DNA from: Limnothrix sp. BL-A-16
GTDB lineage: Bacteria; Cyanobacteriota; Cyanobacteriia; CACIAM-69d
Assembly: GCA_041937175.2 (NCBI GenBank)
Contig: CP166615.1
Span: 3,104,001-3,168,000 of the forward strand
Direction: 5' to 3'
Length of the DNA stretch: 64,000 nucleotides
The notes under the pieces were generated by a model. The model did no database searches, was not told the DNA's origin, and worked only from the letters and a program-made list of their open reading frames with translations. The stretch's first letter is position 1, and every line of letters begins with the position of its first letter. Shown piece by piece: positions 32,614-42,920 of this stretch. The translations under genes and the position numbers were made by a program.

Positions 32614-32760
32614 CTAGTAGCGTGACAGGCTTAAGGCATTGGGTCAAAGTTGCGGAGCCAGTCGTGGTAACAAGGGGCTTGAGCCCCTTGCTGCTTAACG
32701 ATTGGTGACGGTAACAGTCATGTAATTTGACCCAGCGAATTAAGGTAGCCGTGCTACTAG
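32614..32760. mobile_element. MITE-like element (family C), 147 bp, with bipartite inverted ends and central palindrome
   Basis: CTAGTAGC-N8-CTTAA-N5-TGGGTCAAA at both ends in inverted orientation; CAAGGGGCTTGAGCCCCTTG at 32671-32690. Confidence 0.7.
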
Positions 32761-32778
32761 GAGCTGTTGAAAAAGCCT

Positions 32779-32847
32779 GTTGGATCTACTGGAGTTGGAT
32801 CTACTAGCTGGATCTACTGGAGTTGGATCTAATAGTTGGATCTAGTA
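32779..32847. repeat. Five tandem 13-15 bp GTTGGATCTA-core repeats
   Basis: gttggatctactgga gttggatctacta gctggatctactgga gttggatctaata gttggatctagta. Confidence 0.85.
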
Positions 32848-33128
32848 GACCGCTTTCGATGGGCCTATCCGATCAAAAACAATCAACAGGTTCCAACGGC
32901 CCGGCTCGCAATCACTGCCCAAGTCTGAAATTACAGCGGCGATCGACCCATTCTCCATACCCAGATCTACGCGATCGGGCTGGAGATGAGTTGGTGGCCG
33001 CTCTTTGTTGTGGGTTTGGTTTCCCGGTTTCCCGATTGCCCGCACTGACCCTGGCTGACGATCGCGTTACGGATCGCACTCTTCAATCCACTCAATGCTT
33101 GATGATTTGATCAATACCCCTCCTGGAT

Positions 33129-33758
33129 ATGGTTGCCATGCCCTCTGATTTGCCCTGCAATTCCCAAACCCCATCCCCGATCGCCCCTGGAACCCCGATC
33201 GAGACTGAAACACCCAAGCGGCAATCACGGATAGAAAACAACAATCTAAGTAATGATTTATACATCTCCTGGGAAGAGTATCATCGGGCGATCGAACGGT
33301 TAGCCTGTTCAGTACATCAATCGGGCTGGGCATTTGACCAAATCGTCTGCTTAGCCCGTGGGGGTCTGCGAGTGGGTGATATTTTCTCGCGCCTGTTTCA
33401 CAAGCCTTTAGCCATTCTGTTTGCCAGTTCCTATGCCGGAGAGTTGGGGCGGGAGCGGGGGCAGCTCAAATTTGCCCAAAGCCTGGCCATGACGGGCGAT
33501 CGCCTGGGGCCGAGGGTGTTGGTGGTGGATGATTTGGCCGACTCGGGAGCAACCCTGAAGGCTTCGATCCAGTGGCTGCGCGATCGCTACGATCTCAGTG
33601 ACCTGCGCACGGCCGTGATTTGGTACAAGGGCTGTTCTGCGATCGCCCCGGATTATTACGATTGCTATTTACCCCATAATCCCTGGATTCATCAGCCGTT
33701 TGAGCGCTATGACGTGATGGAACTGGCTGAGCTTGCTTCCTCGATCGAGGCAGATTAA
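33129..33758 (+). CDS. Purine phosphoribosyltransferase family protein
   Basis: 'LARGGL' and the PRPP motif 'VLVVDDLADSGAT'; true start probably further downstream. Confidence 0.88.
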   Translation: MVAMPSDLPCNSQTPSPIAPGTPIETETPKRQSRIENNNLSNDLYISWEEYHRAIERLACSVHQSGWAFDQIVCLARGGLRVGDIFSRLFHKPLAILFASSYAGELGRERGQLKFAQSLAMTGDRLGPRVLVVDDLADSGATLKASIQWLRDRYDLSDLRTAVIWYKGCSAIAPDYYDCYLPHNPWIHQPFERYDVMELAELASSIEAD

Positions 33759-34123
33759 TCAAAGTTAACGACCATTCATGGGGCGATCGCATGACCGGGG
33801 CGCACCATTGGGGCATGTTACGCTTGGGGCGGAGCCTAGAATCTCAAAAATTCTCCGTAATTACTCGGATGACAAATCCAGTGCCATAATATTCTGAACA
33901 TGGTCAGATTCAACGATGGCAACCCCCTAGGGGGCGAAACCCCGCTGAACCCTCCGTTAACTCTGTAATAACGTGGATGGTCAGTTCCGTTGCTCCGTTG
34001 CAATCCAGTTCCTTTCCTTCTCTGGTGGTTCCCGAATTCGGCTTTTGCGGAGGGACGCATCTGGATTCTGCCCTGCCCTGATTGCGCTCCCGCTTGTATC
34101 CCTTGTCGTAGTAGAGGTTGGCT

Positions 34124-34798
34124 ATGGAGAATCAACCGTCTCCCAGCACAGATCGATCGGTCTCGGGACAGCCAGCAGCCTGGCCCCGGTCGATCGGCCT
34201 TAAGCCCCTGGGTCAATACCTTGTGGAGGCGGGTTTGCTCGCGCCCGCTCAAGTCACGGTTGCTCTGAATGATCAGAGTGTGACGGGGTTGCGGTTTGGG
34301 GAAATTTTGTCGAAACGGGGTTGGGTTCGCGAACAAACCATCGAATATTTCATGGACAAAGTGATCGAACCGGAACGTCGATCGCTCCGTCAGTCCATGG
34401 CTGCGGCAACCCAGCGCACCAGTGCCGCCCGGGCCGCCGCGCCCGCCAGTCCCCACCGCAAAGGGTTTGTCCGATCGGCCTCGACCTCGGTGGAACCTAA
34501 CAAGCGGCCCCCGGCTCCCCCATCCGCCCGAATGCCGATTGCTGTGTCGGATCCGGCGGGCAGTTTCCGCACCGACGATGCTAGTTTGCGCCACCGCAAG
34601 CATTACGGCCCCACCAGCGCAACAACCACGGCGGGCTTAACTCCACCACCACCGCCGCCGCCTTCCTTTCCACCACCGCCGCCCCCACCCGATCGCCCCC
34701 GCGATGGTGAGGAGTCCCCGGAAATTACCACCTGTAATGGTGTGTCTGCGTCCGACGATTTTCGAGACGCGGCTGAGAACTTGGTCTGGATTGGCTAG
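34124..34798 (+). CDS. Hypothetical protein with an MshEN-like N-terminal domain and Pro-rich tail
   Basis: 'PLGQYLVEAGLL....V..AL.DQ...LRFGEILSKRGWV'. Confidence 0.7.
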   Translation: MENQPSPSTDRSVSGQPAAWPRSIGLKPLGQYLVEAGLLAPAQVTVALNDQSVTGLRFGEILSKRGWVREQTIEYFMDKVIEPERRSLRQSMAAATQRTSAARAAAPASPHRKGFVRSASTSVEPNKRPPAPPSARMPIAVSDPAGSFRTDDASLRHRKHYGPTSATTTAGLTPPPPPPPSFPPPPPPPDRPRDGEESPEITTCNGVSASDDFRDAAENLVWIG

Positions 34799-35007
34799 CA
34801 AGTCGCTCAAGGCGAGTTAGAGCGCGACTAGGAATCATGGGGGCGCTTGGGTAGTGCCGTAAGTGGTAGTGCCGTAATTTAGGCATGATCAGCTTGTGAA
34901 AGCCTTGCAGCGTCAACGATCGCTCGCCGTAAGTCACCACCTCACAGGCACTACCAAACGTCAGAAAATCCGCCCCAGCAGGGCCGGGCTTTTTCCCTTT
35001 TTTGGGG

Positions 35008-35358
35008 TCAGCTTCCCAGCTTGAAAGCCTCTAAGAACAGGCCGTAAACCATTCCTAATTTCAGTAAATTCAAAACCGACAGCCACAGGGGCGATCGCCC
35101 GTTGAAATCTGTAACCCGAGCATTCCAGCGGCGATAGACCACAATGCTCACCACCTCGCAAAACACCGCCAAAATGCCCGCCATGGACAAGTCCCAGGCG
35201 GCCTCTTGGCCCGCTGTGGTGATCAATGCGGAAGCCCCAAAGAACCCCACCAACACCGCCAAACACTGTACAGAAGTGCGCCGCCAAGGATTTTGGAGCC
35301 ATCCTCCTAATCCCCGGGCGATCGCGCCTAGGAGGTTGTTGAGCCTGGTATCTTGCAC
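35008..35358 (-). CDS. ycf20: Ycf20/DUF565 membrane protein
   Basis: 'MQDTRL', 'NPWRR', 'LFLEAFKLGS'. Confidence 0.9.
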   Translation of the reverse strand: MQDTRLNNLLGAIARGLGGWLQNPWRRTSVQCLAVLVGFFGASALITTAGQEAAWDLSMAGILAVFCEVVSIVVYRRWNARVTDFNGRSPLWLSVLNLLKLGMVYGLFLEAFKLGS

Positions 35359-36103
35359 GATTTCAACGCCAGCTTCAATTAGATAGTGTTAACGCCGGTT
35401 CAATTCAATATCGCATTCCAATATCGCATCTCAATATCGCCCCAACAGCGCCTTAACATCGAATTGCCACCAACTCGCCACTCAATCAAGACTCAATCAA
35501 GACTCAATCAGGACTCGCTAGCATTCAGGTTCCCAGATTGGAGGCTGCCCATAGCCGGCAATCACAAGCTCGCCCAACCCTACCCCAGACGAATCTGGGG
35601 CCGATCCTGGACTGCTGCCAAACCTATCCTGAGCAGTTCCGAAAGGGATTGAGATCTAGGAATGGGATTTGGGAATGATGATTGAGAACTGCTTGGGGAT
35701 ATCGTATTTTCGGCTGAACTCTCAGTCAAAGCTAGTTAAATCCTGCTGAAAAGTTCCGGCGAATTTTTGCTCAGGCTTCTCCGGATGATCCACCGCGATC
35801 GCACCAAAACGCCGCTAAAATGACGGCAGTTTTGCGCACCCATCCCCGATGATTGCGCTAAAGCAGTTGCACCTAGAGGTTTTCCCGCTCATACGGCCGG
35901 GCCGCTGTGCTCTGCTTCCCATGGTCAGAACGGTCAGATTGGTGTCTGGGCAGCCACCCCACACCGCACTTCCAGCGGTTCTCAGAGCCTCATCAAGTGG
36001 AGATTGCCCTGCCAGAGCCACCCGAGTGCCCCTGCCCGATCGCCAGTTCAGTGCGCTACTCTCTCATCAACTCTCCGCCCTTGACCCCCTTTTGAGGAAC
36101 TCC

Positions 36104-37531
36104 GTGTCCACTCGCCATTCCAACCGCGCCTCCTCACCCTTGACCGATCGACATTCCCAACCCCACGCTACCGATATGTCTCGCTCCCAAGCGCCGCAAC
36201 CTAAGCCTCGGGCCAATCGCTTCCGCTGGTTCTGGTTGTTGTTTAGCCTCTTGGGCGTGGCCACCATCTCCGCAACCACGGGGGCGTTGCTGGCCGTTTC
36301 CCTCAGTTCCCCCAGCCTCAGTCAACGGGAATTGAGCAAAGAGGAAAAGGCGGTTTTTGGGAACAATCAACCCATTTCCAGCCTGGGTCTGCAACTGCCG
36401 CAACTGACCCGGCCGGTCAATATTTTGGTGCTGGGGATTAAGGTCATTACCTCCGACGTGGATGATAGCCTCAGCCGCAAGTATGGCTACCATGCGCTGG
36501 TGAACTCCTTTGAGGGCTTGTCGGACACGATGTTTTTGGTGCGGTTTGACCCCAGCCAGAAAAAACTATCGGTGCTGTCGATTCCTCGGGATACGCGGGC
36601 TTGGGTGGATGGCCTGGGGATGACCAAAATTAATGCTGCTAACAGTCGTGGGGGGCCGGCCCTGAGCGCCAAGGCGGTGAGTGAACTGCTGGGGGGTGTG
36701 CCGATCGATCGCTACATGCGGATTAATGTCCAAGGGGTGGAAAAGCTGCTGGATGCCTTGGGGGGCTTAACGGTCTATGTTCCCCGCGACATGAAGTATC
36801 AAGACGACAGCCAACACCTTTACATCAATTTGAAACAGGGACGGCAACACCTGAACGGGGAGCAGGCGCTGGCGTTTTTGCGGTTCCGCCACGATGAGTA
36901 TGGAGACATTGGCCGGGTACAGCGCCAGCAGATGGCCATGCGCAGCCTGAAGGAACAGGCCCTGAACCCCACCACGCTGCTGAAGTTACCGGACATTTTG
37001 TCGGTGATTCGGGAGAATTTGGACACTAACCTGAGCATGGAGGAGATTGTGGCGCTGGCGGGCTTTGCCACCCAGGTCGATCGCCAAAATGTGCAAATGC
37101 TGGTGACTCCGGGGGATTACGGCGATATTGCCCGTTACGGAACGAGCTATTGGTTGCCTTACCCGAATCAGATTCGGGACATGATGGCTAAGCATTTTGA
37201 ACATGGGGTCGGTTCCGGCGACAGTCGATCGATGTCGCAGGTGCGCGTGGCGGTGCAAGATGCCAGCGGCAATCCGGAGGCGGCCAGGGCGGTGGCGCGG
37301 CAATTGGAAGCCATGGGCTATCGCCAAACGTTTGTGGCTCGATCCTGGAAGGAAACGATCAGCACGACGCGGGTGATTGCCCAAAACGGGGATGCGGATA
37401 CGGCGGAACAGGTGAAGGCGGCGATCGGGCGGGGGGATGTGCGGGTGGATAGCTCGGGCATTTTGGGATCCGACGTGACGATTCAAATCGGCAGCGACTG
37501 GCAAGGCACGGGTTCCAACGCAAATCCTTAA
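36104..37531 (+). CDS. LCP (LytR-CpsA-Psr) family protein with C-terminal LytR domain
   Basis: TM segment, 'SDTM', 'SIPRDT', 'KINAA', 'RFRHD..GDIGRVQRQ'; GTG start after GAGG chosen. Confidence 0.9.
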   Translation: MSTRHSNRASSPLTDRHSQPHATDMSRSQAPQPKPRANRFRWFWLLFSLLGVATISATTGALLAVSLSSPSLSQRELSKEEKAVFGNNQPISSLGLQLPQLTRPVNILVLGIKVITSDVDDSLSRKYGYHALVNSFEGLSDTMFLVRFDPSQKKLSVLSIPRDTRAWVDGLGMTKINAANSRGGPALSAKAVSELLGGVPIDRYMRINVQGVEKLLDALGGLTVYVPRDMKYQDDSQHLYINLKQGRQHLNGEQALAFLRFRHDEYGDIGRVQRQQMAMRSLKEQALNPTTLLKLPDILSVIRENLDTNLSMEEIVALAGFATQVDRQNVQMLVTPGDYGDIARYGTSYWLPYPNQIRDMMAKHFEHGVGSGDSRSMSQVRVAVQDASGNPEAARAVARQLEAMGYRQTFVARSWKETISTTRVIAQNGDADTAEQVKAAIGRGDVRVDSSGILGSDVTIQIGSDWQGTGSNANP

Positions 37532-37595
37532 GCGCCCATTCGCGGGGCCTGGCAATTGCGGCCGCGGCAATGGCCCTTAAAATGGCCTTTTTTCC

Positions 37596-39356
37596 ATGGG
37601 TTCTGTCATGGCTGATGTGCGATCGCCCCTAGACCACTCACCAAACCAGGAAGCTCAAGCCGATCGGGGGGATTTTCCAAAATCCTCCCGGTTGCGATGG
37701 GACTGGGAATCCAATTGGTGGTGGATCCTGGGGGCGATCGTGCTGGTGGGGGCGATCGTGCGGTTTTGGAATTTAGGCCACCTGAACACCTTGGTGTTTG
37801 ATGAGGTTTATTTTGCCCAGTTTGCCCGCGATTACTTGGTGGGAAAACCCGTTGAAGATGGCCATCCCCCCCTCAGCAAGTATCTGATTGCGATCGGGAT
37901 TGCCATCAGTGAGCATTTTCAGTGGGGCCGCGACAACACCAACCAGGCCACCGGTTCCCTGCTAGCCACGGTCAGCTATCGCTGGCTGAATGCGCTGGTG
38001 GGATCTTTGATGCCGTTGGTGGTGGCTTGGTTGGCTTGGTTGATGTCCGGGCGGCGGCTGTTGGCCCTGGTGGCGGCGGGGGCGATCGCCCTGGATGGGC
38101 TGTTTTTGGTGGAATCCCGCTATGGGCTAAATAATGTTTATCTGGTGACCTTTGGCCTGTTGGGTCACTGCGGTTGGCTAATGGCGGCGCGGGCCATGGC
38201 CGGGCGATCGCGCTATCACTGGCAGGTGTGGGCCTGGTTAGGGCTGGCGGGCTTGGGGTTTGGTTGCACGGCCAGCGTGAAGTGGAATGGCTTGGCCTTT
38301 TTGGTGGGGGCTTGGGGCAGTTGGGCCCTGTGGCGAGTTTGGCATTGGCTCGATCGCCCCGGTTTCACGACCCGGCAATCAATCAAGCCAATTACTGAGT
38401 CGATCGAGAACGCCGATCGACCCGAGAGCATGGCCAACAGCCCCAGTTCCCTACCGGGGCGATCGGTCGCAAATCCCTTAACACTCCTCCAGCGCTTCAG
38501 CCCGATCCAAATGGGATTGATGTTGGGACTGCTGCCGTTGGTGATTTATTGGCTGCTATGGATTCCCCATGCTCAACTGAATCCCGGCAAAAGTATTTGG
38601 GAGTTTAATCAGGATCTATTGCGCTACCACCATCGGGTTGGGGGTGATGATGCCCATCCCTACTGTTCTCGGTGGTTCACTTGGCCCCTACTGTTGCGCC
38701 CGATCGCCTATTTCTATGCCCGCACCAGCGGCCCCACCGCCCCGATCGATTACCAAAACCCGATCCCCAAGGATCTCCCGGCCGGCACGCCAACGATTTA
38801 TGACGTACATGCCCTGGGAAATCCACTGCTTTGGTGGCTGACGGCGGGGGCGTTGGTTGTGGCCCTATGGTGGTTGGGGCGGCACTGGTGGCGATCGATC
38901 GCACAACCGGCCGCTTTGGCAACCCCCCTAGTCAGCACCGATTATTTGGAAAGTCCCGTGGTGCGGTTGGGATCCCACCGCTGGCAATTGCGGCTGATGT
39001 GGGAGCGATCGGGCGCGATCGGGGCCGCCGTGCGATCGCCCGAAGTCTTGATGTTGACCTATTGCCTGGTGAACTATGGGGCGAATTGGTTGCCCTGGGC
39101 CAAGGTCTCCCGCTGCACGTTTCTCTACCACTACATGGGCGCGTTTGTGTTTTCGAGCTTGGTCTTGGCTTGGCTGCTCGATCGGCTCTGGCAATCCCGC
39201 CCCGATCGCCCCCTTTCGATCGCCGCCATGGTTTTGATTGGGCTGTCTTTTCTGTTTTGGCTTCCCGTTTATTTGGGCTGGCCCCTCACCCCCTTTGACT
39301 GGCAACTGCGGATTTGGGGAATTGAGGGTGTGCGCTGGTTGCCTTACTGGATTTAA
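37596..39356 (+). CDS. PMT/GT39 lipid-linked-sugar protein glycosyltransferase
   Basis: 'VFDEVYF', 'HPPLSK', 'SVKWNG', 'HPYCS.W..WP', 'FLYHY', multi-TM. Confidence 0.88.
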   Translation: MGSVMADVRSPLDHSPNQEAQADRGDFPKSSRLRWDWESNWWWILGAIVLVGAIVRFWNLGHLNTLVFDEVYFAQFARDYLVGKPVEDGHPPLSKYLIAIGIAISEHFQWGRDNTNQATGSLLATVSYRWLNALVGSLMPLVVAWLAWLMSGRRLLALVAAGAIALDGLFLVESRYGLNNVYLVTFGLLGHCGWLMAARAMAGRSRYHWQVWAWLGLAGLGFGCTASVKWNGLAFLVGAWGSWALWRVWHWLDRPGFTTRQSIKPITESIENADRPESMANSPSSLPGRSVANPLTLLQRFSPIQMGLMLGLLPLVIYWLLWIPHAQLNPGKSIWEFNQDLLRYHHRVGGDDAHPYCSRWFTWPLLLRPIAYFYARTSGPTAPIDYQNPIPKDLPAGTPTIYDVHALGNPLLWWLTAGALVVALWWLGRHWWRSIAQPAALATPLVSTDYLESPVVRLGSHRWQLRLMWERSGAIGAAVRSPEVLMLTYCLVNYGANWLPWAKVSRCTFLYHYMGAFVFSSLVLAWLLDRLWQSRPDRPLSIAAMVLIGLSFLFWLPVYLGWPLTPFDWQLRIWGIEGVRWLPYWI

Positions 39357-39696
39357 CGATCCTCGGGTGGGCCGTAGCGGGGCGATCGGGCCGATCATGA
39401 TCAACCGCCGCGCCGCAGGAAGTCACAAGCTACGCCTAGGTGTATCACCCCACAAGTTCCCCCGAGAATGCCAGAATCAAACCACCGTCCTCAACGAGTC
39501 TGATGCCTGCGCGAAGGCTGCAACCCAGACTCGTTCAAGTCTCGGCACGTTTTTCATCGGAGCACTTTCGTCGGCTGCTGCAATTTGCTGCGCAGGTTTC
39601 TTTCAGCCGCAACAAATTGCAACATGGAAACCCAAGCGAGGCCTGGTTTTCCATTCCTGATCCTGACCATGCCCCACCTGCACCGTTAGACACCCT

Positions 39697-42210
39697 ATGA
39701 AACTCGTGCAACCCATCCAGTCGATCCCGAAGCGGTTCCGACAACTACGCTTGCGCTGGTTGGTCGTGCCGCTCGTCCTGCAAGTGGCCGGGGCCGTTGG
39801 ACTCACGGGATGGCTCTCACTGCGAAATGGCCAGCGGGCCGTGAATGACCTTGCGGCCAGACTCAGTGGCGAAATTGCGGCCAAGGTGGAACAGCATGTG
39901 CAGGGTTATTTGGGCACATCCGAGCTGTTTTTGCGCATTGATGCCGCATCCGTGGCGGCGGGCAACCTCAACCTAGACGACTTCACCGCCCTTCAGCGCT
40001 ACTTTTGGCATCAGGTACACATCACACCAGCGGTCTCCACCCTCTACTACGGCAACGCGGAGGGCAATTTTTTGCAGGTTGAGCGCGGCAACCCTTCCAC
40101 AGTTTCCGTGCGCACAACGGCCACGGCCCCCAACTGGAGAATTTACACCCTGAACAAGCAGGGCCAGCGCGATCGCTTCGTTAGCTCTCGTCCCTACGAT
40201 CCCCGCAAACGGCCTTGGTATCGAGCCGCAGTGGCTCGGGGTGGCTTGGCCTGGTCACCCATTTACGTGTTCACGGAGCCACCGGTTTTGGGCATTACTC
40301 CGGCCTTGCCCATTTACACCAGCAATTCCAGTACGGTGACCGCCAGTGGCACGCCGCTGACCACGGAAACCCTCAAGGGCGTGCTGGCGATCGACCTTCC
40401 CTTGGAACAGCTTTCCACCTTTTTACGGGGTTTGAAGGTAGGGCGAACCGGGGAGATGTTTATTGTGGAGCGGTTGACCGGGGCCCTGGTGGCCACGTCA
40501 TCTGAGGAACCCCTGTTTTTACGGGATGCCCAAAACCAACCCCAGCGGCTGAAGCCGGAGGAGAGCCGCGATCCTCGAATTCGGGCAGCGGGCGAGTTTT
40601 TGCGAGAGCGCTTTGGCACCTATCGCCAGGTCAGCAAGCGATATCAGGGCATTGTGCGACCGAAGGGGAGCGATCGTGTCTTTATCGATGTGTTGCCCCT
40701 GGAAAATGACTATGGACTCGACTGGGTGACCGTGACGGTTGTTCCCGAGCGGGATTTCACATCCCAAATCCAAGAAAATACCCGCATCACCGCTCTGCTC
40801 TGTTTGGGCGCTTTGGGGCTAGCCGTCTTAATGGCGATCGCCACCACCCGCTGGATTGTGGATCCCGTTAGTCGCATCAGCCGGGCCGCCGAGGCGATCG
40901 CTGAGGGCAATTTGAATCAGACCGCCGCCGCCAGCCCAATCCTGGAGGTCGATCGCCTGGCCGAGTCCTTTAACCGCATGGCTTTTCAGTTGCGGCAGGC
41001 CTTCGCCGCCTGGGAGGAGGCCAACCAAAATCTAGAGCTGAAGGTGCAACAGCGAACAGCCGCCCTCACCCTTTCGGAAGCCAAGCTGCAAGAAAAGGAA
41101 CGATATTTGCGGCTCATTCTCGACAGCATTCCCCAACATGTGTTTTGGAAAGATACCGATCTGGTCTTTCAGGGGTGCAACAAAAACTGGGCAGAGGCGG
41201 CGGGACTGGAAAACCCGGAAGCGGTGATTGGGCTAACGGATTTTGACCTGGTGCGAGATCCAGAGGCAGCGGAGGCCTTTCGGGAGCAAGATCGCCGGGT
41301 GATTGAGAGCGATCGACCCGTTTGGCACGCGATCGCCCCCAAGCAAAAACCGGGAGCCACGGGCGAAACCATTTGGCTCGATATCAGCAAAATTCCGATT
41401 CACGACAATCAACGCCGCGTGATTGGGTTGTTGGGGGTGGTGGAAGATATCACCTTACGCAAACAGGCCGAAGAAGCCCTGCGCCGGGAACAGGAAAAAT
41501 CGGAGCGATTGCTGTTGAATATCCTGCCCCGCACCGTGGCCGATCGGCTGAAGCAAAATGTGCAGCCCGATGGATCCACGGAATCGGAACCGATCGCCCA
41601 ACATTTTGAAGAAGTCAGCATTCTGTTTGCGGATATCGTGGGCTTCACGCCCCTTTCGTCCCAACTGCCCCCGATCGACCTAGTGACCTGGCTAAACCGG
41701 ATCTTTTCCCAGTTTGACCACCTGGCAGAACGCCATCGCCTGGAAAAAATCAAAACCCTCGGAGATGCCTACATGGTGGCGGCCGGGCTGCCCCTACCCA
41801 TGGAAGATCCCACCGCCGCCATGGCCAACATGGCCCTAGATATGCAGCGGGTGATTCAAAGCTTTCAGGAAGAGTTTCAGCAAACCTTGGGGCGATCGCT
41901 GGAAATTCGCGTGGGCATGAACACCGGGCCCGTAATTGCAGGTGTGATTGGCATTCGCAAGTTTATCTATGACCTTTGGGGCGATACGGTCAACATTGCC
42001 AGCCGCATGGAGTCCCAGGGCTTGGCTAGCCGAATTCAGGTGACCGAAACGGTGTATCAGGCCCTCCGCGATCGCTATGAGTTTGAATCCCGAGGCGAGA
42101 TTGACGTGAAGGGCCGCGGCCCCATGCGCACCTATTGGCTCACGGGTCGCAAAACTACCGCTGCTTTGGATGTGGTGGCCGCTGTGATCGACTCTGGCCC
42201 AGAGTTGTAG
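39697..42210 (+). CDS. Membrane class III adenylate cyclase (Cache-HAMP-PAS-cyclase)
   Basis: 'FADIVGFT', 'KIKTLGDAYM', 'YDLWGDTVNIASRMES'; the Lys/Asp pair indicates ATP specificity. Confidence 0.92.
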   Translation: MKLVQPIQSIPKRFRQLRLRWLVVPLVLQVAGAVGLTGWLSLRNGQRAVNDLAARLSGEIAAKVEQHVQGYLGTSELFLRIDAASVAAGNLNLDDFTALQRYFWHQVHITPAVSTLYYGNAEGNFLQVERGNPSTVSVRTTATAPNWRIYTLNKQGQRDRFVSSRPYDPRKRPWYRAAVARGGLAWSPIYVFTEPPVLGITPALPIYTSNSSTVTASGTPLTTETLKGVLAIDLPLEQLSTFLRGLKVGRTGEMFIVERLTGALVATSSEEPLFLRDAQNQPQRLKPEESRDPRIRAAGEFLRERFGTYRQVSKRYQGIVRPKGSDRVFIDVLPLENDYGLDWVTVTVVPERDFTSQIQENTRITALLCLGALGLAVLMAIATTRWIVDPVSRISRAAEAIAEGNLNQTAAASPILEVDRLAESFNRMAFQLRQAFAAWEEANQNLELKVQQRTAALTLSEAKLQEKERYLRLILDSIPQHVFWKDTDLVFQGCNKNWAEAAGLENPEAVIGLTDFDLVRDPEAAEAFREQDRRVIESDRPVWHAIAPKQKPGATGETIWLDISKIPIHDNQRRVIGLLGVVEDITLRKQAEEALRREQEKSERLLLNILPRTVADRLKQNVQPDGSTESEPIAQHFEEVSILFADIVGFTPLSSQLPPIDLVTWLNRIFSQFDHLAERHRLEKIKTLGDAYMVAAGLPLPMEDPTAAMANMALDMQRVIQSFQEEFQQTLGRSLEIRVGMNTGPVIAGVIGIRKFIYDLWGDTVNIASRMESQGLASRIQVTETVYQALRDRYEFESRGEIDVKGRGPMRTYWLTGRKTTAALDVVAAVIDSGPEL

Positions 42211-42401
42211 CGCTTGCTCGCTTCAGAAAATCCTCATTATTGGTTGATTAACCCCTGGCGATCGCTCCTCTGGGCCCGACCGAGGCCCAATTGGCGATCC
42301 TGACTTTCCCCCAACGGCTGCGAAGTAATCATTTGGCGGATTCGATCGCCCGATCGAGTCCTTCCGTTGGCACTCACAGTCTTCCGTTGGAGAAGTTGGT
42401 T

Positions 42402-42920
42402 ATGGCTTGCAAATGGACTTGCGCAGTGATGGGTTCGATCGCCCTTTTGGCCACCACCGCCACCTTGGCCCCCTTGCCCGCCCGGGCAGAAATGCCGGAA
42501 GTGGTGTGGATGGTGGGGCCCGCTGAGAATGTGGAAATTGTGACCGGCGAGATTCAAGATTTGGTGGGCGATCGGGTGCGATTGTTACTGACCGATGGTT
42601 CCACGCGCTTGGTGGGCATCACCCAGCTCGATCGCACCCGTCTGGGCTTGGATCCGGGAGATCAAATCACCTTGGCCTTGGTCGATGGTCGTTTCTTTGC
42701 CCAGGCCGTGGCCCTGGGAAACGATGCCCTCGTGATTCGCAATGGCTACATTCAACTGGCCAATGCTGACAGCGCCTACGTCAGCACCAGTCAAGCCAGC
42801 GTGACCACAACCACCACCGTGCAACAACGCACCGTGCAACGCAGCGGCCAACAAACCACCGTTCAACAGACTACCGTCACCCCCGATCGCCCCGCACAAC
42901 CGATTCGCGGCATGTGGTAA
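42402..42920 (+). CDS. Secreted hypothetical protein
   Basis: Signal peptide 'PARA-E', OB-fold-like strand pattern, Thr/Gln-rich tail ending 'PIRGMW'. Confidence 0.7.
   Translation: MACKWTCAVMGSIALLATTATLAPLPARAEMPEVVWMVGPAENVEIVTGEIQDLVGDRVRLLLTDGSTRLVGITQLDRTRLGLDPGDQITLALVDGRFFAQAVALGNDALVIRNGYIQLANADSAYVSTSQASVTTTTTVQQRTVQRSGQQTTVQQTTVTPDRPAQPIRGMW

Noticed and set aside
30698..32647. 649-aa antisense ORF over ilvB
   Set aside because: It mirrors ilvB in codon register, has no recognisable motifs, and is expected from GC-rich codon bias.
35849..36103. Extended N-terminus of the LCP ORF
   Set aside because: Looks like promoter/UTR; a better start with an RBS is at 36104.
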